Assembly (NCBI GenBank): GCA_039930785.1
Contig: JBDTTE010000001.1
Location: 182-64,181 of the forward strand
Direction: 5' to 3'
Source of the DNA: Betaproteobacteria bacterium
Lineage (GTDB): Bacteria; Pseudomonadota; Gammaproteobacteria; Burkholderiales; JACQAP01
DNA: 64,000 nt
Positions within the stretch are counted from its first letter, which is position 1. Every line of letters begins with the position of its first letter. Both the position numbers and the translations under genes were made by a program. The notes beneath the pieces are model-generated. The model searched no databases. It was not told the origin of the DNA and saw nothing but the letters and a program-made list of their open reading frames with translations. Shown here in pieces: positions 55,208 through 63,807 of the stretch.

Positions 55208-55663
55208 CTAGAGCAACTTCAGGATGAATTCCGCTTCATGCGCATCCACCGGTGTGATCGACAGGCGGTTGCCGCGCTGGAGCACGCGCATGGAAGCGAG
55301 TTGGGCGTGGGACTTCAACTCCGGCAGTCCGAGCACCCTGGTTTTTTTGACGAACGTAACGTCGACGTTGAACCAGCGGGGATTGTCGCGAGAAGCCTTG
55401 GGGTCGAAGTATTCGCTTTTGCGTTCGAACTGGGTTTCATCGGGATGGGCCAGTTTCGAAACCTTCGCGATACCGGCGATGCCCGGTTCCGGGCAGCTGG
55501 AGTGATAAAAAAATACGCCGTCCCCAACCGCCATCTGGTCGCGCATGAAATTGCGCGCCTGGTAGTTGCGCACGCCCCACCATGGCGCTGTCTTGCGCGG
55601 TGCCTTGGCGAGATCGTCGATGCCGAAAACATCGGGTTCGGATTTCATCAACCAGTAGTTCAT
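55208..55663 (-). CDS. EVE (PUA-like) domain protein
   Basis: 151-aa ORF with MNYWLMKSEPDVF...WWGVRNYQARNFMRD...GDGVFFYHS. Confidence 0.85.
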   Translation of the reverse strand: MNYWLMKSEPDVFGIDDLAKAPRKTAPWWGVRNYQARNFMRDQMAVGDGVFFYHSSCPEPGIAGIAKVSKLAHPDETQFERKSEYFDPKASRDNPRWFNVDVTFVKKTRVLGLPELKSHAQLASMRVLQRGNRLSITPVDAHEAEFILKLL

Positions 55664-55675
55664 GATCCGCTGTGC

Positions 55676-55706
55676 AAAAAAAAGAGTTCCGGACCGCCGG
55701 AACTCT
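55676..55706 (-). terminator. Rho-independent terminator downstream of the 6S RNA
   Basis: The minus-strand RNA has the stem agagttccgg / ccggaactct with a 4-nt loop, followed by an 8-U run (plus-strand A-run at 55676-55683). Confidence 0.8.
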
Positions 55707-55761
55707 ATCGGATTATCGACTCGCGCGCGAAGGCCCGTCGATCGATCCGTTTTATTTCAGT

Positions 55762-55942
55762 TGGGGTGCCCCCCGCGCTTCTCCGTCAGACCGAATCTTG
55801 AACCTGAGTTCAAGGCGGTCGCTTTCCGAGCACATCAGGCGCTTCCGCAGAGGGACGCGCACAACAGCGCTACATTAGGCAGCAACCAGGGTATACAACA
55901 TTGGCTCAAAGAATTACAGCCTGACGAATCACGCAGGGGACA
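55762..55942 (-). ncRNA. ssrS: 6S RNA
   Basis: Lies immediately downstream of zapA on the same strand (conserved zapA-ssrS synteny) and is about 180 nt long. The 5' CCCCUGCG...CGUCAGGC pairs with the 3' GUCUGACG...CGCGGGGG to form the closing stem. GAGCC on the 5' side and the CCUUGAACUCAGGUUCAAG hairpin on the 3' side mirror E. coli 6S elements (CCUGAGCC; CCUUGAACCAAGGGUUCAAGG). Ends are approximate. Confidence 0.75.
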
Positions 55943-55952
55943 TTGACTCGCG

Positions 55953-56273
55953 TCAGAACAATTCATCCTGACCGTTGATGGCCTGGTCGATGACTGCCTG
56001 CATGTCAAAGATTCTACGCTTAAACTCACCCACATCAAATCCGCCGTCCACGCGCGTGGAGAGGAATTCGTGCGCGATGTTGAGCGCCGCCATGATGGCG
56101 ATGCGCTCGACGCCGACGACTTTTCCGGCATCGCGGATCTCGCGCATTTTTTCGTTGAGGTAGTCGACGGCTTTCTGCAATTCCTGCTTGTCGTCCTCGA
56201 CGCAGGCGATGCGGAATTCGCGCCCCATGATGTTTACATCGAGGCCGCCAGCCTTGGCTGTCTGATTACTCAT
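55953..56273 (-). CDS. zapA: Cell division protein ZapA
   Basis: 106-aa ORF with VNIMGREFRIACVEDDKQELQKAVDYLNEKMREI...RIAIMAALNIAHEF. Confidence 0.9.
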   Translation of the reverse strand: MSNQTAKAGGLDVNIMGREFRIACVEDDKQELQKAVDYLNEKMREIRDAGKVVGVERIAIMAALNIAHEFLSTRVDGGFDVGEFKRRIFDMQAVIDQAINGQDELF

Positions 56274-56469
56274 TCGCTGCTTCCGGGATCTGGGCGAGCA
56301 GGGCTTCCAGCCGAACCTTCGCGCCGTCTACCTTTTCGGAGAGGTGCTTGTTCTCGTTCTGGATTAAAGCCAGATTCTGCCGCAGCTGGGAGTTGTCCTT
56401 GCGGAGCTTCTGCGTCAGCTGGATAAGTTGATTGATCTTGTCGTCGAGAGCGGTGAACTCGGCTTTCAT
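56266..56469 (-). CDS. Small coiled-coil protein (ZapB-like) upstream of zapA
   Basis: ORF track start is 56505. The likely start is the ATG rc of 56467-56469 (MKAEFTALDDKINQLIQLTQKLRKDNSQLRQ...). Heptad-rich, and overlaps zapA by 8 nt. Confidence 0.7.
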   Translation of the reverse strand: MKAEFTALDDKINQLIQLTQKLRKDNSQLRQNLALIQNENKHLSEKVDGAKVRLEALLAQIPEAANE

Positions 56470-56635
56470 GGGTACACTATAATTACGAAAAGTGTGGAAA
56501 GTCAACTGCTAACGCATATTTTTGAATGTATTTTGGCACATATACGGCGAGATGCTGAGAAGTTTCTGCTCGGCCCTGGCAATCCTTGCCATCGCCCAAG
56601 AAATCCGGCCGGCCCGGCCGATCCGGTAGAATCGG

Positions 56636-56862
56636 CCAACGTTCTCGGGTGCCCCGACCAATTTCTTTGGCGGGGTCAAACGGGAAACAGGTGCGTGCCG
56701 GGCGGTTCCAGTCATCGCCACGGCACAATTCCTGTGCTGCCCCCGCAACGGTAAGCGACTACGGGGTGCGCCACTAAGCCACTGTGCGGTTTGGCCAGGT
56801 CATCGGCAAACGCATGGGAAGGCGGCGTACCTCAAAACGCAAGCCCGGATACCGGCCCATTG
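56636..56862 (+). promoter_or_regulatory. Cobalamin (B12) riboswitch
   Basis: Read directly: GGUGCCCC...AAACGGGAAACAGGUG...CAAUUCC..GCUGCCCCCGCAACGGUAA...GCCACUG...GGGAAGGC...AAGCCCGGAUACCGGCC (B12-box-like). These follow the conserved cobalamin aptamer order, upstream of a TonB-dependent receptor. Confidence 0.8.
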
Positions 56863-56994
56863 GACGCGAACGGAGATTCCGCGCGGGGCGGGGCATCCGG
56901 TGTCGGCGTGTCCTTCACCAGCCTTTTCCTTCGTTGAACTCCCTTTTTAGAACTCGCGCCTGCGGCGGGCTTGCGCAAACAGGGAGTAGTAGTC

Positions 56995-59082
56995 ATGAAA
57001 TTGGGATCATATGTACTACTGGTCGGGCTCGTGGCCGGAGCCAGCGCTTACGCACAGTCCAACCCTGATCTTGTTGCGAATGAAGTCGTCGTGACAGCAA
57101 CAAGATTCGAAGATACCTCCGCCGACAAACCCCTCAACATCACCGTCATTACTTCAGACGACATCCGTCGATCCCCTGCGCGAACCGTGCCGGAACTCCT
57201 GTCCTATCAGGCCGGCGTCGGTGGCCGCGACCTCTTCGGCAACAACGCATCGCAGGCGACGGTCGATATAAGAGGGTTCGGCGCGACCGCTGCGCAAAAT
57301 ACCCTCGTGCTGCTCGACGGCAGAAAAATGAACGATATTGACCTGTCGGGGGTTCAATGGTCTGCCTTACCTCTGGATTCGATCGAGCGCATAGAAATCA
57401 TTCGTGGTAGCGGCGCCGTCCAATATGGCGACGGAGCCGTTGGCGGCGTCATCAATATCATTACACGCAGGCCGGGCAAGGACGGCCCGCAGGCGACGAT
57501 CGCCGCAGGTATCGGAAGTTTCGACACCTTCCAGACACGCGCGAGTGGCGAATTGGGAAACGACACCGTGGGATTACGTATCGCGGGGGCGTACTACGAT
57601 TCCCAGGGCTATCGTGACAACAATCGCGACATTCAATCGACCGCCTCAGCGGAAGGACGCTGGAATGCTCCGATCGGAGACATCTCACTACGCTTTGCAG
57701 GTGCTAGTGAGAACCTCCGGCTACCGGGAGCACGGACAATTCAACCAAGCATTGGTCTTGACGAACTTGAGACCGATCGTAAGGGGACGTCGACGCCAAA
57801 GGACTACGCGCTCAGAGACGACAATGTATTGCAGCTCGATTGGTCACGCTCGGATGGTGCAATTTCCGAGGTAGTGGGGGTCTCTTACCGCAAAAAAGAA
57901 CAAAAGTCCTATTTCGACTTCAACGGATTCCCCGACTACCGTGAGATCGACCTCGATGTCCTCGCCCTGACGCCGCGAATGCGCATTGATCATTCGGAAC
58001 TCGGGGTGAACGGAAACCTCGTGTTGGGATTCGACTGGTACACGTGGAATTATGACCTCGCGCTGTCCGCGTCGCCGACTACGATCGCCCAGCCCGTGCA
58101 CAAGGTCGACGCCCGCCAGGAAAACCGGGCGATCTATATCCTCGAATCGCTAAAGCCGGCAACCGGCACGACGCTTACCGCCGGGGCTCGTGTCGAGTGG
58201 TTCACTATCAATGCCAACGACACCTTCGACGCAACCGCGCCCAACCCGACTTTCATAAATGGCGGATCGCCGAGCGGAGACCAGAATGACCGGCAATTTG
58301 CCTGGGAACTCGGCCTGAGACAGGCATTGACCGAGCAATGGTCGGCCTTTAGCCGCGCGACGCGGGCCTACCGGTTTGCGACTGTGGATGAGACCTACGA
58401 GAGCACCGCACTGTTCGAGCAGTCGTTCCAGTTTCTGCGGCCGCAAACGTCCATCACGTACGAGGTTGGCGTCGACTGGCGGGTAGCAGCTGCGGACGCG
58501 CGTGTCGGCATCTTTCAGACCGATGTGAAGGACGAAATCCATTTGGACGCCTTCACTTCAGGCGTGGGTAACACGAATCTTCCGCCCTCCCGGCGCCGCG
58601 GCATCGAACTCGAATTGGGTGTGCAACCTGCGGAACGGGTGGACCTGAGATTTACTTACACTTATACGGATCCCAAGTTCAGGGACGGTGAATTTCCAGG
58701 CGGCCCTTTTTCCACCACCAACGTGAACATTTCCGGTAAGACGGTACCGCTGGTGCCGCGGCACAAGGCGACGTTCAACGCAAATTGGGGCATCACACCG
58801 TCGCTGAATCTATCGGGAGCGGTGGTCTATGTAAGCGAACAATTCATGGATAACGACGAGGCGAACGATCTTGGCGTGAAGATTCCCGCATACACCGTCG
58901 TCGACCTCAAGCTAGCGCAGCAGATAGGCGCCGCGCGCTTCGGCGTCGCGATCAACAATGCACTCGGCGAAAAGTACTATAACTACGCGGTTCGTTCGCA
59001 GTTCACTCCCGACCGTTATAACGTGTATCCACTCCCCGAACGTACGTTCATGGCATTCGTGGAATACAAGTTCGGCAAGTAA
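56995..59082 (+). CDS. TonB-dependent outer-membrane receptor, likely corrinoid (BtuB-like) given the riboswitch
   Basis: ORF track start is 56971. The likely start is the ATG at 56995, after the AGGGAG SD (MKLGSYVLLVGLVAGASAYA signal peptide). Has a plug domain (VVVTATRFED...) and a C-terminal aromatic beta-barrel end (YKF). Confidence 0.9.
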   Translation: MKLGSYVLLVGLVAGASAYAQSNPDLVANEVVVTATRFEDTSADKPLNITVITSDDIRRSPARTVPELLSYQAGVGGRDLFGNNASQATVDIRGFGATAAQNTLVLLDGRKMNDIDLSGVQWSALPLDSIERIEIIRGSGAVQYGDGAVGGVINIITRRPGKDGPQATIAAGIGSFDTFQTRASGELGNDTVGLRIAGAYYDSQGYRDNNRDIQSTASAEGRWNAPIGDISLRFAGASENLRLPGARTIQPSIGLDELETDRKGTSTPKDYALRDDNVLQLDWSRSDGAISEVVGVSYRKKEQKSYFDFNGFPDYREIDLDVLALTPRMRIDHSELGVNGNLVLGFDWYTWNYDLALSASPTTIAQPVHKVDARQENRAIYILESLKPATGTTLTAGARVEWFTINANDTFDATAPNPTFINGGSPSGDQNDRQFAWELGLRQALTEQWSAFSRATRAYRFATVDETYESTALFEQSFQFLRPQTSITYEVGVDWRVAAADARVGIFQTDVKDEIHLDAFTSGVGNTNLPPSRRRGIELELGVQPAERVDLRFTYTYTDPKFRDGEFPGGPFSTTNVNISGKTVPLVPRHKATFNANWGITPSLNLSGAVVYVSEQFMDNDEANDLGVKIPAYTVVDLKLAQQIGAARFGVAINNALGEKYYNYAVRSQFTPDRYNVYPLPERTFMAFVEYKFGK

Positions 59083-59193
59083 CAGGCCGTGATCCCGGGG
59101 AGACTCGCCTGCGCGGGTGTCCCCGGCCGCATCGTCCCATGCCCCGGGGCGGTCTCCTGTCCGTCGTCGCCGGGATTTGTTATCGTGCGGGCC

Positions 59194-60966
59194 ATGCAGC
59201 ACATGACCAGCACCCAGCTCTATGTCCGCCTGCTCCGTTACGTGAAACCGTACTGGGGCATTTTTGCGTTCTCCATTCTCGGCATGCTGATTACGGCCGC
59301 AACGGAAGTCGCGCTGCCCATGGCGGTCAAGCCTTTCCTCGACGGAACCTTCGTGCAGAAGGATCCGTTCCTCATCAAGTGGGTGCCGATCCTGATGATC
59401 TTGCTGTACATCGTCCGCGGCGCCGGCTCCTTCATCGGCAGCTATGCGAGCGCGTGGGTAGGCAACAAAGTGGTGATGGACCTGCGCGACCACATGTTCC
59501 GCCGCATGCTGTCATTGCCGCTGGGTTTCTTTCATGACAACACGACGGGCAACATGATCTCGCGGTTCACGTTCGATGCCGCGCAGGTTACAGCCGCGGC
59601 CACGAACGTCGTAACCGTGCTGGTCAAGGATTCCGTGATCATCGTCGGCCTGCTTGGTTACCTGCTTTACACAGATTGGAAGCTGACGTCGATCTCGCTG
59701 ATCATGATTCCGCCGATCGCAGTAGTCGTGCGCTATTTCAACGTGCGCCTGCGCAACATGAGTCGCAAGACACAGGACTCGATGGGCGACATCACCCAGG
59801 TGCTGCAGGAATCCATCGAATGCAACAAGGTCGTGAAAATATTCGGCGGCCAGGAGTACGAGGCAAAGCGCTTCTCCGAAACCAGCAATCGGCTGCGCCG
59901 CTTCAGCATGAAGCAGATTGCCGCGGCTTCCGCGAACGTGCCGGTGGTGCAATTGCTTGCCGCGATCGCTGTAGCGATCGTCGTCTATTACGCGACGCTG
60001 CAGGCGCAATCGGATGCGACCACGGTCGGCAGCTTCGTGTCCTTCCTCGCCGCAATGTTGCTGCTGACGCCGCCGCTCAAGCGCCTGACCGGCGTTTCCG
60101 AGTACCTGCAGCGTGGACTGGCCGCAGCCGAAAGTGTATTCGCGCTGCTCGACGAGCAAACGGAAAAGGACGAAGGCAAGATCGAACTCAAGCGCGCCAG
60201 GGGCGACATATCGTTTCGCAACGTCGGGTTTAGCTATCCTCGCGTGGACAGGCCGACCTTGAAGGAGTTGACTCTGGAAGTGCGTGCCGGCGAGACGATT
60301 GCCCTGGTGGGGTCGTCCGGTGGGGGCAAAACGACGCTCGCAAACCTGGTGCCGCGTTTCTATCATCCCGAGACCGGGACCATCTCAATCGACGGGCACG
60401 ACATCGAAACCCTGTCCCTTGCCAGCTTGCGTCGGAACATCGCGCTGGTGAGCCAGGAGGTCGCCTTGTTCAACGACACCGTCGCAGCCAACATTGCTTA
60501 CGGCGAATCCGCGGGCGCAAGCAGGGAGGCCATCGAACGCGCCGCCACGGGTGCGCACGCGCTCGAATTCATTCGCGCGATGCCGAAAGGATTCGATACG
60601 TTGATCGGCGAAAACGGCGTGCGACTGTCCGGCGGCCAGCGCCAGCGACTCGCGATCGCGCGCACGATCCTGAAGGACGCGCCGATCCTGATCCTGGACG
60701 AAGCCACTTCCGCACTCGACTCCGAATCCGAAAAGCATGTACAGGCGGCGCTCGAGGAATTGATGCAAGGGCGCACGACGCTGGTCATCGCCCACCGGCT
60801 GTCCACGATCGAGAACGCCGATCGCATCGTGGTGCTCGACCAGGGCGAGATTGCCGAGATGGGAACCCACAAAGAGTTGCTGGCAAAAGGTGGAATCTAT
60901 GCGAAATTGCACGGCATACAGTATTCCGGTAGCACGGCTGCTGCCGCAATGCAGGCGGTGGTATGA
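59194..60966 (+). CDS. msbA: Lipid A export ATP-binding/permease protein MsbA
   Basis: ORF track start is 59089. The likely start is the ATG at 59194 (MQHMTSTQLYVRLLRYVKPYWGIF). Has a 6-TM domain and an ABC domain (GSSGGGKTT, LSGGQRQRLAIAR, ILILDEATSALD). Confidence 0.9.
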   Translation: MQHMTSTQLYVRLLRYVKPYWGIFAFSILGMLITAATEVALPMAVKPFLDGTFVQKDPFLIKWVPILMILLYIVRGAGSFIGSYASAWVGNKVVMDLRDHMFRRMLSLPLGFFHDNTTGNMISRFTFDAAQVTAAATNVVTVLVKDSVIIVGLLGYLLYTDWKLTSISLIMIPPIAVVVRYFNVRLRNMSRKTQDSMGDITQVLQESIECNKVVKIFGGQEYEAKRFSETSNRLRRFSMKQIAAASANVPVVQLLAAIAVAIVVYYATLQAQSDATTVGSFVSFLAAMLLLTPPLKRLTGVSEYLQRGLAAAESVFALLDEQTEKDEGKIELKRARGDISFRNVGFSYPRVDRPTLKELTLEVRAGETIALVGSSGGGKTTLANLVPRFYHPETGTISIDGHDIETLSLASLRRNIALVSQEVALFNDTVAANIAYGESAGASREAIERAATGAHALEFIRAMPKGFDTLIGENGVRLSGGQRQRLAIARTILKDAPILILDEATSALDSESEKHVQAALEELMQGRTTLVIAHRLSTIENADRIVVLDQGEIAEMGTHKELLAKGGIYAKLHGIQYSGSTAAAAMQAVV

Positions 60967-61247
60967 GCGATCCTGACTGCAAGCATGACGCGGGCGCCTT
61001 CCGGCCGGTCATCGATCGCAATCGTTGCGAGGGCAAGAAAGACTGCGTGGTAATTTGTCCATACGACGTCTTTACCATGGACACCGTCCCGCCGGAACTG
61101 CGTCAGGGCCTCAGCTTCAGAGGAAAACTCAGAGGTTTCGCGCACCGCTGGCAACAGGCGTTCGCGACGAATGCCGATGCCTGTCATGCCTGTGGCCTTT
61201 GTGTTGCAGCCTGTCCTGAGAAAGCGATCACCCTCACCCGCAGCTGA
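60963..61247 (+). CDS. 4Fe-4S ferredoxin-type protein
   Basis: 94-aa ORF whose ATG overlaps the msbA stop (ATGA). Has a canonical CHACGLCVAACP motif plus an atypical CEGKKDCVVICP motif. Confidence 0.8.
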   Translation: MSDPDCKHDAGAFRPVIDRNRCEGKKDCVVICPYDVFTMDTVPPELRQGLSFRGKLRGFAHRWQQAFATNADACHACGLCVAACPEKAITLTRS

Positions 61248-61256
61248 AGGCGGGGC

Positions 61257-62474
61257 TTACTCGCTGACGTGGATTACGTCGCGCACGACCGGGTAGATAT
61301 TGTTGTTCCAGCGCTTGCCGCTGAATACGCCGTAATGCCCGACGCCGGCCTGGATGTAGTGGGTACGCATGTACGCACGCAGGCTCGCGCATAAATCCTG
61401 TGCGGCCAGCGTTTGGCCCAACGCGCAAATATCGTCTTTTTCCCCTTCGACAGTCAGCAGCGCGGTGCGCCGGATCGTGCGGGGATCGATGGTGCGGTCG
61501 CGCCACTTGAGCTTGCCTTGCGGCAAAGCGTGTTCCTGGAATACCTGGCTGACGGTTTCCAGATAAAACTCTGCCGGCAGGTCCGCCACGGCGAAATATT
61601 CCTGGTAGAAACGGCGCTTCGCGTTCGCCTTCTCGCTGTCGCCGCGCAGCAGGTCGTCATAGAACTCGCGAAACGAATTCACGTGGCGTTCCATGTTCAT
61701 GTTCATGAACGCCATCAGTTGCAGGAAACCCGGATACACCTGCCGCAATCCGCCCGGATAGCGCGCCGGCACGATGCCGATCAGGTTGTCCTCGAACCAG
61801 GCGATGGGCTTGGACATTGCCAGCTTGTTCACCTCGGTCGGGCTGATCCGGCAGTCGATCGGGCCGGCCATCAAAGTCAGGCTGAGCGGGGCGGCGGCAT
61901 GACCGTCCTCCGCCATCACCGCCACCGCCGCGAGCGCGGCCACGCAAGGCTGGCAAATGGCCACCATGTGCGCGCCCGGGCCCATGACCCCAAGGAATTC
62001 GATCAGGTGGTCGACGTACTCGTCGAGGCCAAACCGCCCGTCCGTCAACGGCACGTCCCGGGCGTTGTGCCAATCCGTGATGTAGACATCGTGATCGGCC
62101 AGCATGGTCCGCACGGTTTCGCGCAATAGCGTGGCGAAATGGCCCGACATCGGTGCAGCCAGGAGCACCCGGGGTTGGCTGACGGCCACGTCTTTCCGGA
62201 AATGCAGCAGCGTGCCAAACGGCGTGCGATGGGCTTCTTCTTCCCATACCGGCACTTCCTTGCCGTCGACTGTAACGCTTTCGATTCCGAACGCCGGGCG
62301 GCGGTGGGTGACGTCGGCCAAGGCAAAGACCTCATAGGCGGCGGCCAGCTTTTGCACGTAGGGATAGTCGCTCAGGCCCCATCGCATGTCGCTGAGCACA
62401 GGCACCACCGCAGTGGCCGCAACCCGGGAGAGCCACAACAAATCCTGCTGGGATTGATAGGTTTGATAGAGCAT
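61257..62474 (-). CDS. phaZ: Intracellular polyhydroxyalkanoate (PHB) depolymerase
   Basis: ORF track start is 62561. The conserved N-terminus MLYQTYQSQQD starts at the ATG rc of 62472-62474. The blocks APMSGHFATLLRETVRTML, VYITDWHNAR, ICQPCV, YPGFLQLMAFM and TVEGEKDDI match Ralstonia-type PhaZ as I recall it. Confidence 0.88.
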   Translation of the reverse strand: MLYQTYQSQQDLLWLSRVAATAVVPVLSDMRWGLSDYPYVQKLAAAYEVFALADVTHRRPAFGIESVTVDGKEVPVWEEEAHRTPFGTLLHFRKDVAVSQPRVLLAAPMSGHFATLLRETVRTMLADHDVYITDWHNARDVPLTDGRFGLDEYVDHLIEFLGVMGPGAHMVAICQPCVAALAAVAVMAEDGHAAAPLSLTLMAGPIDCRISPTEVNKLAMSKPIAWFEDNLIGIVPARYPGGLRQVYPGFLQLMAFMNMNMERHVNSFREFYDDLLRGDSEKANAKRRFYQEYFAVADLPAEFYLETVSQVFQEHALPQGKLKWRDRTIDPRTIRRTALLTVEGEKDDICALGQTLAAQDLCASLRAYMRTHYIQAGVGHYGVFSGKRWNNNIYPVVRDVIHVSE

Positions 62475-62636
62475 CGTTACGGTTCGAGAATGACGGGCCG
62501 GTTGCATCTCGACGCAACTTCCGCGCCAGAGCATGGCTCTTGGCACGGCCTTTGCGAACAACCCGGGACATCAAGTCAACGGCATCGGACCGGCGTTCGA
62601 CGGGAACGCTGCCGATCCATACGGGAGAAGCCCGCC

Positions 62637-63290
62637 ATGTCCAAAGCCACGCTGAGCATCAGCAGCAAGAACTATTCGTCGTGGTCGCTGCGCGGCTGGT
62701 TGCTTGCCAGGTTCTCCGGCCTCGATTTCGAGGAACTGGCGGTCGCGCCGGACGACGCCGATGCGCGCAAGGAACTGTTGCTGCTATCGCCGTCCATCCT
62801 GGTTCCCTGCCTGACGTACGAAGGCATCAAGGTATGGGATACGCTTGCGATCGCCGAATTCCTGAACGAGGTCCTCCCCGATGCCGGTCTGTTGCCGCGC
62901 GACCTGGCGGCACGCGCGCACTGTCGTGCCATCTGCGGCGAGATGCATTCCGGTTTCAGCAGCCTGCGCGCCGCGCTGCCGATGAACCTCAAGGCGCATT
63001 TTCCGGAACACAAGGTATGGGCCCGGGCGGTCGGTGACATCGAACGCATTACGTCGATATGGAAGGACTGCCTGTCGAAGTACGGCGGCCCGTTCCTGTT
63101 CGGGGAGCGCAGCATGGCGGACGCCATGTATGCACCCGTGGCTACGCGATTCACGACCTACGACGTCAAGCTCGACGCGACTTGCGCGGCGTACGCGCAA
63201 CGCATCCTCGCGCTGCCCGAGATGATCGAGTGGACGAATGCCGCCCGGCAGGAGGTCGACGAGATCGACGAACTCGACATGGATTTCTGA
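62637..63290 (+). CDS. Glutathione S-transferase family protein
   Basis: The long ORF 62139..63290 is mostly antisense to phaZ. The real start is the ATG at 62637, after GGGAGAAG (MSKATLSISSKNYSSWSLRGWLLARFSGLDFEE...LSPSILVPCL). Confidence 0.85.
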   Translation: MSKATLSISSKNYSSWSLRGWLLARFSGLDFEELAVAPDDADARKELLLLSPSILVPCLTYEGIKVWDTLAIAEFLNEVLPDAGLLPRDLAARAHCRAICGEMHSGFSSLRAALPMNLKAHFPEHKVWARAVGDIERITSIWKDCLSKYGGPFLFGERSMADAMYAPVATRFTTYDVKLDATCAAYAQRILALPEMIEWTNAARQEVDEIDELDMDF

Positions 63291-63435
63291 GTCGCCGATC
63301 CATTCTCAAGTACTGCGTCGTTGTTTGTCCGCCAGCGGCAGATCGCGGTGGCACGTCATTTGCAAATCTGGATCGTAACCGTACGGCGCGCATGCCCGCT
63401 TCGCCGGCGGCCCAAACGATTCAGGAGAAATAATC

Positions 63436-63513
63436 ATGGGTAAATACGTCCTTGGATGGCTGCTCGGCGTTCCGTTTTTTGTGCTCGTAATCATCTACAT
63501 CCTGTTTCACTGA
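63436..63513 (+). CDS. 25-aa hydrophobic micro-protein (single TM)
   Basis: Manual translation gives MGKYVLGWLLGVPFFVLVIIYILFH*, preceded by the SD AGGAGA 7 nt upstream. It is below the ORF-track size cutoff. Confidence 0.5.
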   Translation: MGKYVLGWLLGVPFFVLVIIYILFH

Positions 63514-63807
63514 TGCCATTTGCGCGGTGCCTGATTGCAGACTCGCGCAGGTCGGGCGAACGATTCGAATACCTGCAGTAAATTTTCCAGTCTGGCTGTA
63601 AACAATGCCGGGCAGCGCAGGCAAATCGATCGTTCGCGTGACGGCGCCCACTCGGTGACCCGCTTGTGGATCAAAGCGATAGCGACGGCCGCGCATGAGA
63701 TTCAGTTTCTGGCACAGCGATTGCAAATAAAAGCTCGCAAGCAATCATGGCCGACAAGGCGCTCACAACATCGATAGTCCAGATCGATCAAGTTCAGGAG
63801 GACGGCA

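Noticed and set aside
54260-55801. 513-aa plus-strand ORF
   Set aside because: It is antisense to the TauE and EVE genes and runs through the terminator and 6S region. It has no motifs.
56534-56549. TGGCAC (sigma54 -24-like) upstream of the riboswitch
   Set aside because: No TTGC(A/T) -12 element sits at the required spacing; the sequence there is atatacggcg.
63421-63744. 107-aa minus-strand ORF at the right edge (and the 80-aa plus-strand ORF 63535..63777)
   Set aside because: It has no recognisable domain and no SD, and it overlaps the better-supported micro-ORF. I cannot support it as a gene.
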